Positions 42,539-52,818 of a DNA stretch of 64,000 nucleotides are shown piece by piece. The translations under genes were made by a program, and so were the position numbers. Every line of letters starts with the position of its first letter. The first letter of the stretch is position 1. The notes under the pieces are model-generated. The model saw nothing but the letters and a program-made list of their open reading frames with translations. It ran no database searches and had not been told where the DNA came from. This DNA is from Rhodocyclales bacterium (GTDB lineage Bacteria > Pseudomonadota > Gammaproteobacteria > Burkholderiales > Rhodocyclaceae), in the NCBI GenBank assembly GCA_026399435.1, contig JAPLQX010000012.1, forward strand, positions 13,499 through 77,498. The letters are read 5' to 3'.

Positions 42539-43090
42539 CTACAGGACATGGTGATAGGCACCGACCAACAGCGCCATGTCGCGCATGCGGGCGCCGAGGT
42601 GTCGCGCCAACTGGCGCGATATCTTCGAGGCGATGCGGGCGTGGGTATCGAGCAAGCCGACGAAATCATCGCGAAAAAACACGATCAGCTGGCAGGGTGA
42701 GGCCGCCCGGGCCTGCGCCGAGCGCGGCGAATCGTCCAGCAGCGCGAGCTCGCCGAAGAATGTGCCGGGGCCGAGTTGCGCGACGCGCCCGGAATCCCCC
42801 TGTCGCCGCCTGGGATGGGAAGCCGCCGGCTGATTGCCGTCGGCTTGCGCCGCACGCCCGGCATCCAAATGCTCCTGGCGGGAAATCAGCACTTCGCCCG
42901 ACGCGATGATGTAGATCGCCTGCCCTTCCTCGCCCTCATCGAAGATCACCTCGCCATCGAGGAAGTTACGCTCGTGCAGCAGGCCATCGACGATCTGCAA
43001 CTCAGCCGGCGTCAGGTTCACGAACAGGCTCAGCTGGTGCAGGCGTTCGAGGCGCGGCGATGTCTTTCTGGGGCGAAACAGGCTGATCAC
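42539..43090 (-). CDS. Cyclic nucleotide-binding domain protein
   Basis: GEVIFDEG, YII.SG.V, FFGELALL...PRSA; GTG start after SD GGAGG. Confidence 0.85.
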   Translation of the reverse strand: MISLFRPRKTSPRLERLHQLSLFVNLTPAELQIVDGLLHERNFLDGEVIFDEGEEGQAIYIIASGEVLISRQEHLDAGRAAQADGNQPAASHPRRRQGDSGRVAQLGPGTFFGELALLDDSPRSAQARAASPCQLIVFFRDDFVGLLDTHARIASKISRQLARHLGARMRDMALLVGAYHHVL

Positions 43091-43121
43091 GATATCCTCC
43101 AAACAATGACAGGATTCTAAT

Positions 43122-43676
43122 TCAAACGGCTTTCGGTTCAGCAAGCGGAAAACTGGCCAGCGTCTTGTAGCTCGCTGACGAAGGATGGAGGTGGGTCTCG
43201 ACCAGGGCAAATTCACTTGCCCGCCAGAGGATCGGGGTTTCCAGCCTGGGCAGCGATCCGCAGCGGGCACGGCGCGCCAGCGTGATGTGCGGCACCAGGT
43301 CTGCCCCGGAACGATGGTCGATGGTGAAGCCGGCGGCGCGCAGATCGGCCACCAGCACCCCGGCAAGCCGGCGCAGCGGCTCCGGTGGCGTCCGGCAACC
43401 GGCCCACAAGATGCCACGCTGCGGCCAGAAGCCCAGCCGATCGAGGCTCAGATCGAAGGCCTCGGCGCGAATCCCCGCGGCAATTTCTCCCAGCTGGGGA
43501 AGCTGGGTCGGCGTCACCGAGCCGACGAAAGCCAAGGTCAGGTGCAGCGCCGCCGGACCCATCACGCGACCTCCGCCGCGAGCCGTCAGCTCGTGCGCAA
43601 GCGCCAGGAGATGCGAGCTCGCCTCGTGGTCGGGCCATAGCGCAAAGAACACCCGATGCGAGTGCGCCTCGCTCAT
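43122..43676 (-). CDS. thpR: RNA 2',3'-cyclic phosphodiesterase (2H family)
   Basis: RVFFALWP and two HxT motifs (LHLTL, PHITL). Confidence 0.92.
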   Translation of the reverse strand: MSEAHSHRVFFALWPDHEASSHLLALAHELTARGGGRVMGPAALHLTLAFVGSVTPTQLPQLGEIAAGIRAEAFDLSLDRLGFWPQRGILWAGCRTPPEPLRRLAGVLVADLRAAGFTIDHRSGADLVPHITLARRARCGSLPRLETPILWRASEFALVETHLHPSSASYKTLASFPLAEPKAV

Positions 43677-43685
43677 GCCGACCTA

Positions 43686-43809
43686 ACGCTCATGGCAGCA
43701 TGAGCCATCCGTCGATGATGAAACACGCGAAAGGCGAATTGAAGGCCCGCCCCTTCCATCCTCCCCTCTCGGGGAGGCTTCTAATTGGCTCGCTGCACTC
43801 GATATCACC
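43686..43809 (-). repeat. Intergenic element, family C copy 2 (ispF-thpR)
   Basis: Homologous to 20520-20640. Confidence 0.75.
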
Positions 43810-43833
43810 CATGCCCCATCCTGTTGTTTCACG

Positions 43834-44322
43834 TTAACCGGCGCGGACCAGGAGCGCCACGGCATGCGCCGCGATGCCTTCGCTCCGGCCTTCGAAACCC
43901 AGGCGCTCGTTGGTTTTGCCCTTGACGTTCACGGCCTCGGGAGCAATGCCGAGGTCGGCCGCGATGTTGGCGCGCATCGCGGCGACATGGGGTGCGATGC
44001 GCGGCACCTGGGCGATAATCGTCGCGTCGATGTTGCCGACCAGCCAGCCTGCGGCACGCACGGCGTCCATGGCGCCACGCAGCAGGCTGCGGCTGTCGGC
44101 GCCTTCCCATTGCGAGCCGCTGTCGGGAAACATGCCGCCGATGTCGCCCAGCCCGGCACCGCCGAGAATCGCATCGGTGATCGCATGCAGCAGCGCATCG
44201 GCATCCGAATGGCCGAGCAGCCCCTGGTCATGGGGAATATGCACGCCGCCGAGAATCAGCTTGCGGCCCGGCGTCAGCGCGTGCACGTCATAGCCCTGAC
44301 CGACGCGAAATGGAAGATTCAT
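43834..44322 (-). CDS. ispF: 2-C-methyl-D-erythritol 2,4-cyclodiphosphate synthase
   Basis: [22 protein letters not shown]. Confidence 0.96.
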   Translation of the reverse strand: MNLPFRVGQGYDVHALTPGRKLILGGVHIPHDQGLLGHSDADALLHAITDAILGGAGLGDIGGMFPDSGSQWEGADSRSLLRGAMDAVRAAGWLVGNIDATIIAQVPRIAPHVAAMRANIAADLGIAPEAVNVKGKTNERLGFEGRSEGIAAHAVALLVRAG

Positions 44323-44455
44323 TGCGGAAAAACCCTTTCACAAAGCTGCAAGACATGGCGATCGCACATGATGAACAACTCGTTCCATCCCGAACCCTTG
44401 CCTGAACTCATGCCATTGTAAAGGCTCCCGGGCCAGGCGGCGCGGCAGATGCGCG

Positions 44456-47005
44456 CTACCGCCCCGGCGCCGTCGACCACCGGTAGAAGGCCCGCTTCGC
44501 CAGTTCGACGGCGAACAGATACACGATCACCATGACCCCGAGGATCGCATAGAAACGCGCGGGCGGCGGCACGAATCCGAAATGCGTTCCCAACGGCGTA
44601 AACGGCAGCAGCACCGCGATGGCCACGATCGCCAGCGAGGTTGCCGTCAGCAGCGGATGGGCGCGGCTTTTCAGGGGGTTGCCGCGGGTGCGGATAATGA
44701 ATATCACCAGCACCTGGGTGCATAGCGACTCGACAAACCAGCCGGTCTGGAACAGTTTCTCGTCCGCCTCCAGAACGACCAGCATGATGTAGAAGGTCAG
44801 GAAATCGAACAGCGAACTGATCGACCCGATGACGAGCATGAAGTTGCGGATGAAATTCAAATCCAGCGCGCGGGGACGGAGAATTTCCTCGGCATCCACT
44901 TCGTCGAGCGGAATGGGCACTTCGGATATGTCGTAGAGAATGTTGTTGAGCAGTATCTGGGTCGGCAGCATCGGCAGGAACGGCAGGAACAGCGAGGCCC
45001 CCGCCATGCTGAACATGTTGCCGAAGTTCGAGCTGGTTCCCATCATGATGTACTTCATGATGTTGCCGAAGGTGCGGCGCCCTTCCAGCACGCCGGCATG
45101 CAGCACATGCAAGTCGTGTCGCAGGAGGATCATGTCGGCCGCTTCCTTCGCCACGTCCACCGCCGAATCCACCGACAGCCCGACATCCGCGGTATGCAAT
45201 GACGGCGCATCGTTGATGCCGTCGCCCAGGTAGCCGACCACATGGCCGCGCGCCTTGAGCGCCCTGATCACGCGCTCCTTCTGTACCGGATTTACCCGGC
45301 AGAAAAGGTTGGCCGTTTCGACCCGGGCTTGCAGCGCGTGGTCATCCATCTGCGCGATCTCCTTGCCAGAAAGGACCCCCTCGACCGGGATCTTGAGCTG
45401 GGCGCAGACATGCCGGGTGACCCGGTCACTGTCGCCGGTTACGATCTTGATCGCAACGCCAACCTTCTTGAGCGCGGCCAACGCGGGGGCCGCACTGGCC
45501 TTGGGTGGGTCGAGGAAGGACGCAAACCCGGCGAGCACCAGTTCCGTTTCGTCCCCCACCACGGCATGCGGGTGGTCCGGCGCAACCTGGCGCCAGGCGA
45601 TGCCCAGGACCCGGAATCCCTCTTCTTCCAGTCCGTGATACTCGGCCTGAATCGCCGGCAGGGCGGGCTCGTCCAGCGGCCGCTGGACCTGGGCGCCATC
45701 CGCCTCGTAGTGAGTGCAGAGCCTCACGATCTCGTCCGCTGCGCCTTTCACCACCAGCCATCGATCCTTGCCGTTATCAAGCAGTACCGAAACGCAGCGG
45801 CGCTCGAAATCGAAGGGGATCTCGTCGATCTTTTTCCAGTTGCCGACCTCGATATGCTCGTGGTTGAGAATGGCTTCGTCGAGCGGACTCTTCAAGCCGG
45901 TTTCGAAGAAGCTGTTGAGATAGGCGAGTTCCAGTACCCGCTCGCTGGGCCGGCCTTCCGCATCGACATGCCTTTCCATGCGGATCTTCGCCTCGGTCAG
46001 CGTGCCGGTCTTGTCCGTACACAGGACATCCATCGAACCCAGGTCCTGGATGGCAGCGAGCCGCTTGACGATCATGTGTTTCTTCGCCATGCGCATTGCT
46101 CCGCGCGACAGCGTGACCGATATCACCATCGGCAGCAGTTCCGGCGTCAGGCCGACGGCCAGGGCCACGGCGAACAGGAAGGATTCCAGCAATGGCTTGT
46201 GAAACCAGGTATTCACGAGCAGCACGAACAGCACCATCAACACCGTCAGGCGCATGATCAGCATGCCGAAGCGGCGGGTCCCGATCTCGAACGAGGTCGG
46301 CAGCGACGGGCGGGAAACGCTATCGGCGATTTCTCCGATGGCGGTGCCGGTTCCCGTCCTGACCACCCGCATGAGGGCACTGCCGCTGATGACCGTAGTA
46401 CCCATGAACACCGCATTGGTGGCTTCCTGCAGATCGGTGGCGGCATCGGGCAGCACACCGGGGCGCTTTTCCACCGGGTAGGACTCGCCCGTCAGCAGTG
46501 CCTGCTTGACGAAGAAGTCATGTGCCTCGAGAACCCTTCCGTCTGCCGGAATCAAATCTCCGGCCGAAAGCACGACGAGGTCGCCCGGCACTACCGCGGC
46601 CACCGGGACCTCCAGCCGCTTGCCATCGCGCATTACGACGGTGAGCACCGAAACCGACAGCCGCAGTTTTTCCGCAGCGGCGTTGGCGCGGTATTCCTGA
46701 ACGAAATCCAGCGTGACGCTCAGCAGAACGATGAAGCTGATGATGAAAAAATTGACGACCTCGCCGGTAAACGCAGAAACGGCGCTGGCTACCAGGAGGA
46801 TGAGGACCAGCGGATTCTTGAAGCGGCTGAGGTACTGCAGCAGCAGTGACCTGGACTGCTGCTCCCGGAACAGATTGGGGCCGAATCTTGCGAGCCTTGC
46901 CTTGGCCTCAGCGCCCGACAAGCCCGCCAGCTCAGCAACCGGGCCGGCGGCGCCTGCCGAAAGCGGCTCAAGCCACCAGGGCCGGGGCGCCGAATTTATC
47001 GGCAC
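44456..47005 (-). CDS. mgtA: Mg2+-translocating P-type ATPase
   Basis: TGES, PELLP, DKTGT, GDGIND, SSNFGNMFS. Confidence 0.9.
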   Translation of the reverse strand: MPINSAPRPWWLEPLSAGAAGPVAELAGLSGAEAKARLARFGPNLFREQQSRSLLLQYLSRFKNPLVLILLVASAVSAFTGEVVNFFIISFIVLLSVTLDFVQEYRANAAAEKLRLSVSVLTVVMRDGKRLEVPVAAVVPGDLVVLSAGDLIPADGRVLEAHDFFVKQALLTGESYPVEKRPGVLPDAATDLQEATNAVFMGTTVISGSALMRVVRTGTGTAIGEIADSVSRPSLPTSFEIGTRRFGMLIMRLTVLMVLFVLLVNTWFHKPLLESFLFAVALAVGLTPELLPMVISVTLSRGAMRMAKKHMIVKRLAAIQDLGSMDVLCTDKTGTLTEAKIRMERHVDAEGRPSERVLELAYLNSFFETGLKSPLDEAILNHEHIEVGNWKKIDEIPFDFERRCVSVLLDNGKDRWLVVKGAADEIVRLCTHYEADGAQVQRPLDEPALPAIQAEYHGLEEEGFRVLGIAWRQVAPDHPHAVVGDETELVLAGFASFLDPPKASAAPALAALKKVGVAIKIVTGDSDRVTRHVCAQLKIPVEGVLSGKEIAQMDDHALQARVETANLFCRVNPVQKERVIRALKARGHVVGYLGDGINDAPSLHTADVGLSVDSAVDVAKEAADMILLRHDLHVLHAGVLEGRRTFGNIMKYIMMGTSSNFGNMFSMAGASLFLPFLPMLPTQILLNNILYDISEVPIPLDEVDAEEILRPRALDLNFIRNFMLVIGSISSLFDFLTFYIMLVVLEADEKLFQTGWFVESLCTQVLVIFIIRTRGNPLKSRAHPLLTATSLAIVAIAVLLPFTPLGTHFGFVPPPARFYAILGVMVIVYLFAVELAKRAFYRWSTAPGR

Positions 47006-47020
47006 TTGAACGTCACCTGC

Positions 47021-47320
47021 TCAGTTCGGCGGCGGATAGCGGTAATGGAGATCATTCAGGTAACCCGTCACGATCTCGATGTCGTACTCGCTCCAGTCGA
47101 GCCTCGACAGTTGCTGCCAGCGGCGCACTTCCGCCTGGAGACTTGCCCAATCCGTTGCGAGCTTCTTTTCCCGCCAATGAACCTGGGTGTCATGGCAGGC
47201 GAGGCAATACGTCGAGTACAGCAGTTCGGCCCGTGTGGCGTCGCGGATTGGTTGTGCGCCGGCCTCGGCGAGATGTCCGGACAAGACGAGCAGTAGGAGG
47301 ACTATCGATCTGCGTAGCAT
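47021..47320 (-). CDS. Small monoheme cytochrome c
   Basis: Signal peptide then CLACH; 99 aa. Confidence 0.8.
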   Translation of the reverse strand: MLRRSIVLLLLVLSGHLAEAGAQPIRDATRAELLYSTYCLACHDTQVHWREKKLATDWASLQAEVRRWQQLSRLDWSEYDIEIVTGYLNDLHYRYPPPN

Positions 47321-47556
47321 ATTGACCCCGTAAGCATCAAATTGAAGTTCAGTATATGCCTTGCCAGACGGGGGAAGCGGTTGCCAGGGCACACCTTGCA
47401 AGCCATCTCCTGACTTGGACAAGCCATTCATCGAGGTGATCAGGGGATTGGATCGAAAGACGGGAAAGCCCAAGAAACTTTTACCTCGCCTGTTCCGACG
47501 CTTTGTTTTGCTCGACGTTTTTACCTCCAACGCGTTTTCACGGTTTTGGCCGGTTC

Positions 47557-47670
47557 TAGTTACGGCCACTACGTTTAACGCCGATGTCCGCAAGGGATAC
47601 CGTCCCCGCCTCCCGCAGGGACATAAATCTGGCGTTAGCCTCCACTGAAACTTCGCTTCGCTCTGTTTTC
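47557..47670 (-). repeat. Family D element, expanded copy overlapping the ispD 3' end
   Basis: 47635-47669 is 31/35 identical to 18405-18439; taacgcc/ggcgtta stem encloses a longer insert. Confidence 0.7.
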
Positions 47671-48366
47671 AAGAATCCATTCCGCCAGTTGCAGATCCAG
47701 CGGATAGGTAACCTTCAGATTGCTGGCGTCGGCCGCCACGAGGCGCGGTGAAAGTCCCAGTGCCTCGATGGCGCTGGCTTCGTCGGTCACCTGCGGCGCG
47801 AAATCGAGTGCATCGAGCAGCAGGTGATGGCGAAACATCTGCGGCGTCTGCGCCTGCCACAGGCCATCGCGTGACACGGTCTGGCGGATGCGGCTGTTTT
47901 CGTCGGAACGCTTCAGGGTGTCGGCGACCGGCACCGCCAGCAGCCCCCCGGCATCGTCCTCGCCGACCTCGGCGATCAGATTTTCGACCATGGCGACGGT
48001 CAGGCAGGGTCGTGCCGCATCGTGCACCAGCACCCAGTCGTTGCCAATTCCAGCATGGTCGCCGAGTTCGTCGGCCATCGCCCGCAGGCCGTTGGCGACG
48101 CTATGCGCCCGCGTATCGCCGCCGCAGCGCAGAACGCGCAATTTCGGCCCAAGCTCAGCCATCGCAGCCGCAGGCCAATGTATGTCGTCCGGCGCCAGCA
48201 CCACGAACACATTCGCTATCGCCGGAGTGGCGCACAATGTCGCCAGGGCGTGCCGGATCATGGGCTGGCCCGCCAGCGGCAGGTATTGTTTGGGCATGGC
48301 GCGCCCCGAGAGCGCGCCCATGCGCGAACCCGAGCCCGCGGCTGGAACCAGTGCGTGATAAGTCAT
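47635..48366 (-). CDS. ispD: 2-C-methyl-D-erythritol 4-phosphate cytidylyltransferase
   Basis: [31 protein letters not shown]. Confidence 0.96.
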   Translation of the reverse strand: MTYHALVPAAGSGSRMGALSGRAMPKQYLPLAGQPMIRHALATLCATPAIANVFVVLAPDDIHWPAAAMAELGPKLRVLRCGGDTRAHSVANGLRAMADELGDHAGIGNDWVLVHDAARPCLTVAMVENLIAEVGEDDAGGLLAVPVADTLKRSDENSRIRQTVSRDGLWQAQTPQMFRHHLLLDALDFAPQVTDEASAIEALGLSPRLVAADASNLKVTYPLDLQLAEWILENRAKRSFSGG

Positions 48367-48414
48367 GTCGCAATTCTATACAATCGCCTTACAGGAAGTC
48401 GCGCGAGGATCAAC

Positions 48415-49671
48415 ATGTTCGCCGCAGAAGCCGGGTACGAAGCCTTGCAGGCCTTTGCCACCAGCATCGGCATCGGTCTGCTGATCGGTCTTGAGCGCGA
48501 GCGCCAATCCGACCGCAAGGCCGGCCTGCGCACCTTCGCCCTGGTGGGACTGCTGGGTTGTCTGTGCGCCCTGCTGGCGCAAACCACTGACAGTGGCTGG
48601 ATACTGGGCGCCGGCCTGATCGCCATCGCCGCCATGATGATCGCCGCGCATGTTTCGGATCCGCTCGACACCGGCGATCCGGGAACGACTTCGGTGATCG
48701 CGCTGTTGGTCTGTTACGCACTGGGGGCGGCGGTCTGGTTCGGCTACGCATCGATCGCCGTCATGCTCGGCATCGCCGCCACGGTGCTGCTTTATTTCAA
48801 AACCGAGTTGCACGGCATCTCAAGAAGCCTGACGTCGGTCGACCTGCTGTCGATTCTGAAGTTCGGCGTGCTCGCCCTGGTGATTCTGCCGATTCTGCCC
48901 GACCGCGACTTCGGACCTTACCGGGCCCTCAATCCGCACAACATCTGGTGGATGGTGGTGCTGATCTCGGGCGTGTCGCTGGCGGGCTACGCCGCACTGC
49001 GGCTGACCGGCGCACAGCACGGCGCAGTGCTGATCGGTCTGTTCGGCGGCTTGGTCTCGTCCACCGCGACCACCATGATTTTCGCCCGCCATGCCAAGGC
49101 GAATGACGGGCTCGTCGACACTGCGATGGTCGTCATCCTGCTCGCCAACCTTGTCCTCATGGTGCGTATCGAGGTGCTCGCCTTCGTCGTGGCGCCCGGC
49201 ATCGCAACCCCGCTGCTCGCCATCCTCGGCGGCGGCCTGTTGCTCGGCATTGCAGCAGCGTTCTGGGGCTGGCGCCACCTCGCGGACCGCAACACGTTGC
49301 CCATGCCGAACGTCACCAACCCGACCGAGATGAAAACCGCGCTGACCTTCGGCGGCCTCTACGCGCTGATTCTGGTGCTTGCCGCCTGGCTGCAGGATGT
49401 TGCCGGCAACCGTGGGCTGAACCTGCTGGCGCTGGCCTCGGGCTTGACCGACGTCGATGCGATCGCGCTGTCTTCGTTGCGAATGTTCAGCATGGAAAAG
49501 CTGACCGCGGCGCAGACAATTACCCAGATAATTCTGGCAATACTCTCCAACCTCGCCTTCAAGACCGGGCTGGTGGTCGTCATCGGCGGCGCGGCGCTGG
49601 CTCGCCACACCTTGCCGGGACTCGCCGCCATCGCCGCGGGTCTGGTCGGAGGCGTGCTATTGATGACCTGA
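48415..49671 (+). CDS. MgtC/SapB + DUF4010 membrane protein
   Basis: GLLIGLERE...AGLRTF, GGLVSSTATT, GLTDVDA. Confidence 0.88.
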   Translation: MFAAEAGYEALQAFATSIGIGLLIGLERERQSDRKAGLRTFALVGLLGCLCALLAQTTDSGWILGAGLIAIAAMMIAAHVSDPLDTGDPGTTSVIALLVCYALGAAVWFGYASIAVMLGIAATVLLYFKTELHGISRSLTSVDLLSILKFGVLALVILPILPDRDFGPYRALNPHNIWWMVVLISGVSLAGYAALRLTGAQHGAVLIGLFGGLVSSTATTMIFARHAKANDGLVDTAMVVILLANLVLMVRIEVLAFVVAPGIATPLLAILGGGLLLGIAAAFWGWRHLADRNTLPMPNVTNPTEMKTALTFGGLYALILVLAAWLQDVAGNRGLNLLALASGLTDVDAIALSSLRMFSMEKLTAAQTITQIILAILSNLAFKTGLVVVIGGAALARHTLPGLAAIAAGLVGGVLLMT

Positions 49672-49683
49672 AGTGAGATAACC

Positions 49684-51078
49684 ATGAGACCTGCTACCGC
49701 GACTCGTCCGCCGGCTGTTGCCGGCATGTTCTATCCCGGCGATCCTGCCAGCTTGCAAGATGAACTGGCGACCTGCCTCGCCACACCGCCAGCGCCGTCC
49801 CACCAGGGGATACCGCTTCGCATAACTCTTGCGGAGGCAGGTCTTCTAAAAGCCGTCATCGTGCCGCATGCCGGCTACATCTATTCGGGCGGCACGGCGG
49901 GCCATGCCTATGCGCTGCTGGCGCCGCTCGCCGGACGCATCCGGCGCGTGGTCCTGCTCGGGCCCTGCCACCGCGTTTCCGTGCACGGGCTGGCGGCCCC
50001 CACGGTGCAGGCGTTCGCAACGCCGCTGGGCAGCATCCCGCTCGACCGCGCCGCGCTGGACGCGCTGGCCGATCTGCCGCAAGTCGTCGCCAGCGACGAC
50101 GCCCATGCCCAGGAGCACTCGCTGGAAGTGCAACTGCCCTTCCTGCAAACCGTGCTGGGCCAGTTCGAACTGGTGCCGCTGGCAGTGGGCCATACTAGTG
50201 CCGGCGAGGTGGCGCAGGTACTCGATCGACTCTGGGGCGGACCGGAAACGCTGATCGTGATCAGCTCCGACCTGTCGCACTTCCACAGCTACCGCGAAGC
50301 GCAGGCGATCGACAGGGCGACCGCCGAGCACATCCTCGCCCTCGATCAACTGACCAGTTTCGACCAGGCCTGCGGCGCGCTGCCGATCAACGGCCTGCTC
50401 ACCCTGGCACGCAAGCGCGGACTGCGCATCGAGCGCGTGGCGCAATGCAACTCGGGCGACACGGCTGGCGACAAATCGCGCGTAGTCGGCTATGCCTCCT
50501 TCGCACTCTACGAGCCCGCCGCCGTCGCCGCCGATCCCGGCCCGGCCCTGCTGGTGCGGGCCCGCAATGCCATCGCGGCCAAGCTCAAGCAGCCGACGCA
50601 GGCCGAGCCCGCGCATCCCGCGCTGAATCAACCGGGTGCCACCTTCGTCACGCTGACGCAGAACGGGCAGTTGCGCGGCTGCATCGGTTCGCTGCAGGCC
50701 CATCGTGTGCTGGATCAGGATGTGCGCGCCAACGCCGTCGCCGCCGCCTTCAGCGACCCGCGCTTTCCGCCGCTGACGCTGGCCGAACTGCCGCACACGC
50801 GCGTCGAGATATCACTGCTCACGGCGCCGCAGCCGATGAAGTTCAGCGACGAGGCCGACGCGCTGCGCCAGTTGCGGCCCAATGTCGATGGCGTGATTTT
50901 CATCGCCGGCCAGCGCAGGAGCACCTTCCTGCCGCAAGTCTGGGAACAATTGCCCGATCCGCGCCAGTTTCTCGCCCATCTCAAGCAGAAGGCCGGGCTG
51001 GCGGCCAACTACTGGTCGTCCGAAGTGGAACTGCAACGCTATGAGGTGCAGAAATGGAAAGAAGCGCCGATCCCATAA
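49684..51078 (+). CDS. amrB: AmmeMemoRadiSam protein B (MEMO1) fused to protein A (AMMECR1)
   Basis: PAVAG.FYP, PHAGY.YSG, EHSLEVQLPF, SSDLSH, then ATFVTL...LRGCIG, DPRF, FLPQVW. Confidence 0.92.
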   Translation: MRPATATRPPAVAGMFYPGDPASLQDELATCLATPPAPSHQGIPLRITLAEAGLLKAVIVPHAGYIYSGGTAGHAYALLAPLAGRIRRVVLLGPCHRVSVHGLAAPTVQAFATPLGSIPLDRAALDALADLPQVVASDDAHAQEHSLEVQLPFLQTVLGQFELVPLAVGHTSAGEVAQVLDRLWGGPETLIVISSDLSHFHSYREAQAIDRATAEHILALDQLTSFDQACGALPINGLLTLARKRGLRIERVAQCNSGDTAGDKSRVVGYASFALYEPAAVAADPGPALLVRARNAIAAKLKQPTQAEPAHPALNQPGATFVTLTQNGQLRGCIGSLQAHRVLDQDVRANAVAAAFSDPRFPPLTLAELPHTRVEISLLTAPQPMKFSDEADALRQLRPNVDGVIFIAGQRRSTFLPQVWEQLPDPRQFLAHLKQKAGLAANYWSSEVELQRYEVQKWKEAPIP

Positions 51079-52151
51079 CCGGAGTGCCCGCCCGCTGGTG
51101 GCACCGGTTGGAAGATGGCCGCATCCAGTGCGACCTCTGCCCGCGCAATTGCCGCCTGCACGAAGGGCAACGCGCCGCCTGCTTCGTGCGCGCCATGCAG
51201 GGCGGCGAGATGCTGCTTACCACCTATGGCCGCAGCTCGGGCTTTTGCATCGATCCCATCGAAAAGAAGCCGCTCAACCACTTCTACCCGGGCTCCAGCG
51301 TGCTGTCCTTCGGCACCGCCGGCTGCAATCTGGCTTGCAAGTTCTGCCAGAACTGGGACATCTCGAAATCACGCGACATGGACCGCCTGATGGACGATGC
51401 CACGCCGCAGGCCATCGCCCGCGCCGCGCAGAAGAATGGCGCCCGATCCGTCGCCTTCACCTACAACGACCTGGTGATCTTCGCCGAGTACGCGATGGAT
51501 ACGGCCGATGCCTGCCATGCCCTCGACGTCAAGACCATCGCCGTCACCGCCGGCTACATGCACCTGGAACCGGCGCGCGAGTTCTATTCGAAAATGGACG
51601 CCGCCAATGTCGACCTGAAGGGCTTCACCGACGACTTTTACGTCAATCTCTGCGGCGGGCACTTGCAACCCGTGCTCGACATCCTGGCCATGATCCACCA
51701 CGAAACGGATTGCTGGCTGGAGTTGACCACCCTGCTGATTCCCGGCAAGAACGATGGCGACGACGAACTCAAGGCGCTGTCGGCGTGGGTGATGAAGGAA
51801 CTCGGACCGGATGTGCCGCTGCACTTCACCGCCTTCCACCCCGACTGGAAGATGAACGACATCCCGGCCACCCCGCTCGCGACACTGAGCAAAGCCCGCC
51901 GCATCGCCATGGACGCCGGCCTGCGCTACGTCTATACGGGCAACGTGCATGACAAGAGCGGAGACAGGACGAATTGCCCAAGTTGCGGCAAGCCGGTGAT
52001 CGAGCGCGACTGGTATCGCATCCTCGACTATGAATTGGATGCGACAGGCCATTGCCGACACTGCGGCACGGCCATCGCCGGGCGCTTCGGCGTCTTCGAC
52101 AAGCCTTTCGGTCCGCACCGCATTCCGGTCCGGCTGCACGCCGGCGCCTGA
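51054..52151 (+). CDS. amrS: AmmeMemoRadiSam radical SAM enzyme, copy 2
   Basis: Same motifs as copy 1; overlaps the amrB-amrA fusion gene. Confidence 0.93.
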   Translation: MERSADPITGVPARWWHRLEDGRIQCDLCPRNCRLHEGQRAACFVRAMQGGEMLLTTYGRSSGFCIDPIEKKPLNHFYPGSSVLSFGTAGCNLACKFCQNWDISKSRDMDRLMDDATPQAIARAAQKNGARSVAFTYNDLVIFAEYAMDTADACHALDVKTIAVTAGYMHLEPAREFYSKMDAANVDLKGFTDDFYVNLCGGHLQPVLDILAMIHHETDCWLELTTLLIPGKNDGDDELKALSAWVMKELGPDVPLHFTAFHPDWKMNDIPATPLATLSKARRIAMDAGLRYVYTGNVHDKSGDRTNCPSCGKPVIERDWYRILDYELDATGHCRHCGTAIAGRFGVFDKPFGPHRIPVRLHAGA

Positions 52152-52171
52152 ACCAAACGGAGTTTGCATGC

Positions 52172-52798
52172 ATGAAAGTCATCGGTGAATTTACGGAAGA
52201 CAACCAGCGGGAATCCTTGCTTGCCGATGGCCACCGCTACGTCGCCACGTGGGAGTCATCTGCAGGATACGTCGAGGTGCCCGGCATCACGGAGATCAAG
52301 GTGCAGGTCGATGACGAGGTGGGCGACGCTGTCTTGTACATGCGCTGGCTACTGGTCGACATAAGAATTACCGGGGGCAAGGACGGCACGCTGGAAGCCC
52401 TCGAATCGCACTCGCCGACGGGGAATGATTGGGCTGCCTGCCTGAGGAGAAACTGTGAGCAGTGCCCGCCGTCGCTGCTGGAGGCAGGCGCGATCGCCCT
52501 GCTGGCGCTGATTGCCTCCCCGCACGCTCGTCAGGGGCACGGCTTGGGTACACCGCTGGCCAGCGCCTTTGCGGAGACGGTTCTGGCACGGTTCGGAGTT
52601 CGCGCTTTCTGGATCCAGCCCATGCCGCTGGTGGAGCATGCCGCCACCGGCATCTTCAAACCCGCGAACGAAGTGGACGCGTCAAAATTCGCCCGGGCGC
52701 GAGACCGGCTCGAGAAGCACTACGAGCGCAGCATGGACGCCAAATGGACCTGTCCGGATTACCTGCGCGTTGACCTCGCTCCATCCGAAAAAGCCTGA
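52172..52798 (+). CDS. Hypothetical protein with GNAT-like motif
   Basis: SD GGAG, 208 aa; SPHARQGHGLGTPL resembles acetyl-CoA-binding motif A. Confidence 0.55.
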   Translation: MKVIGEFTEDNQRESLLADGHRYVATWESSAGYVEVPGITEIKVQVDDEVGDAVLYMRWLLVDIRITGGKDGTLEALESHSPTGNDWAACLRRNCEQCPPSLLEAGAIALLALIASPHARQGHGLGTPLASAFAETVLARFGVRAFWIQPMPLVEHAATGIFKPANEVDASKFARARDRLEKHYERSMDAKWTCPDYLRVDLAPSEKA

Positions 52799-52818
52799 GA
52801 AGAACCCACGCCCCAAAT

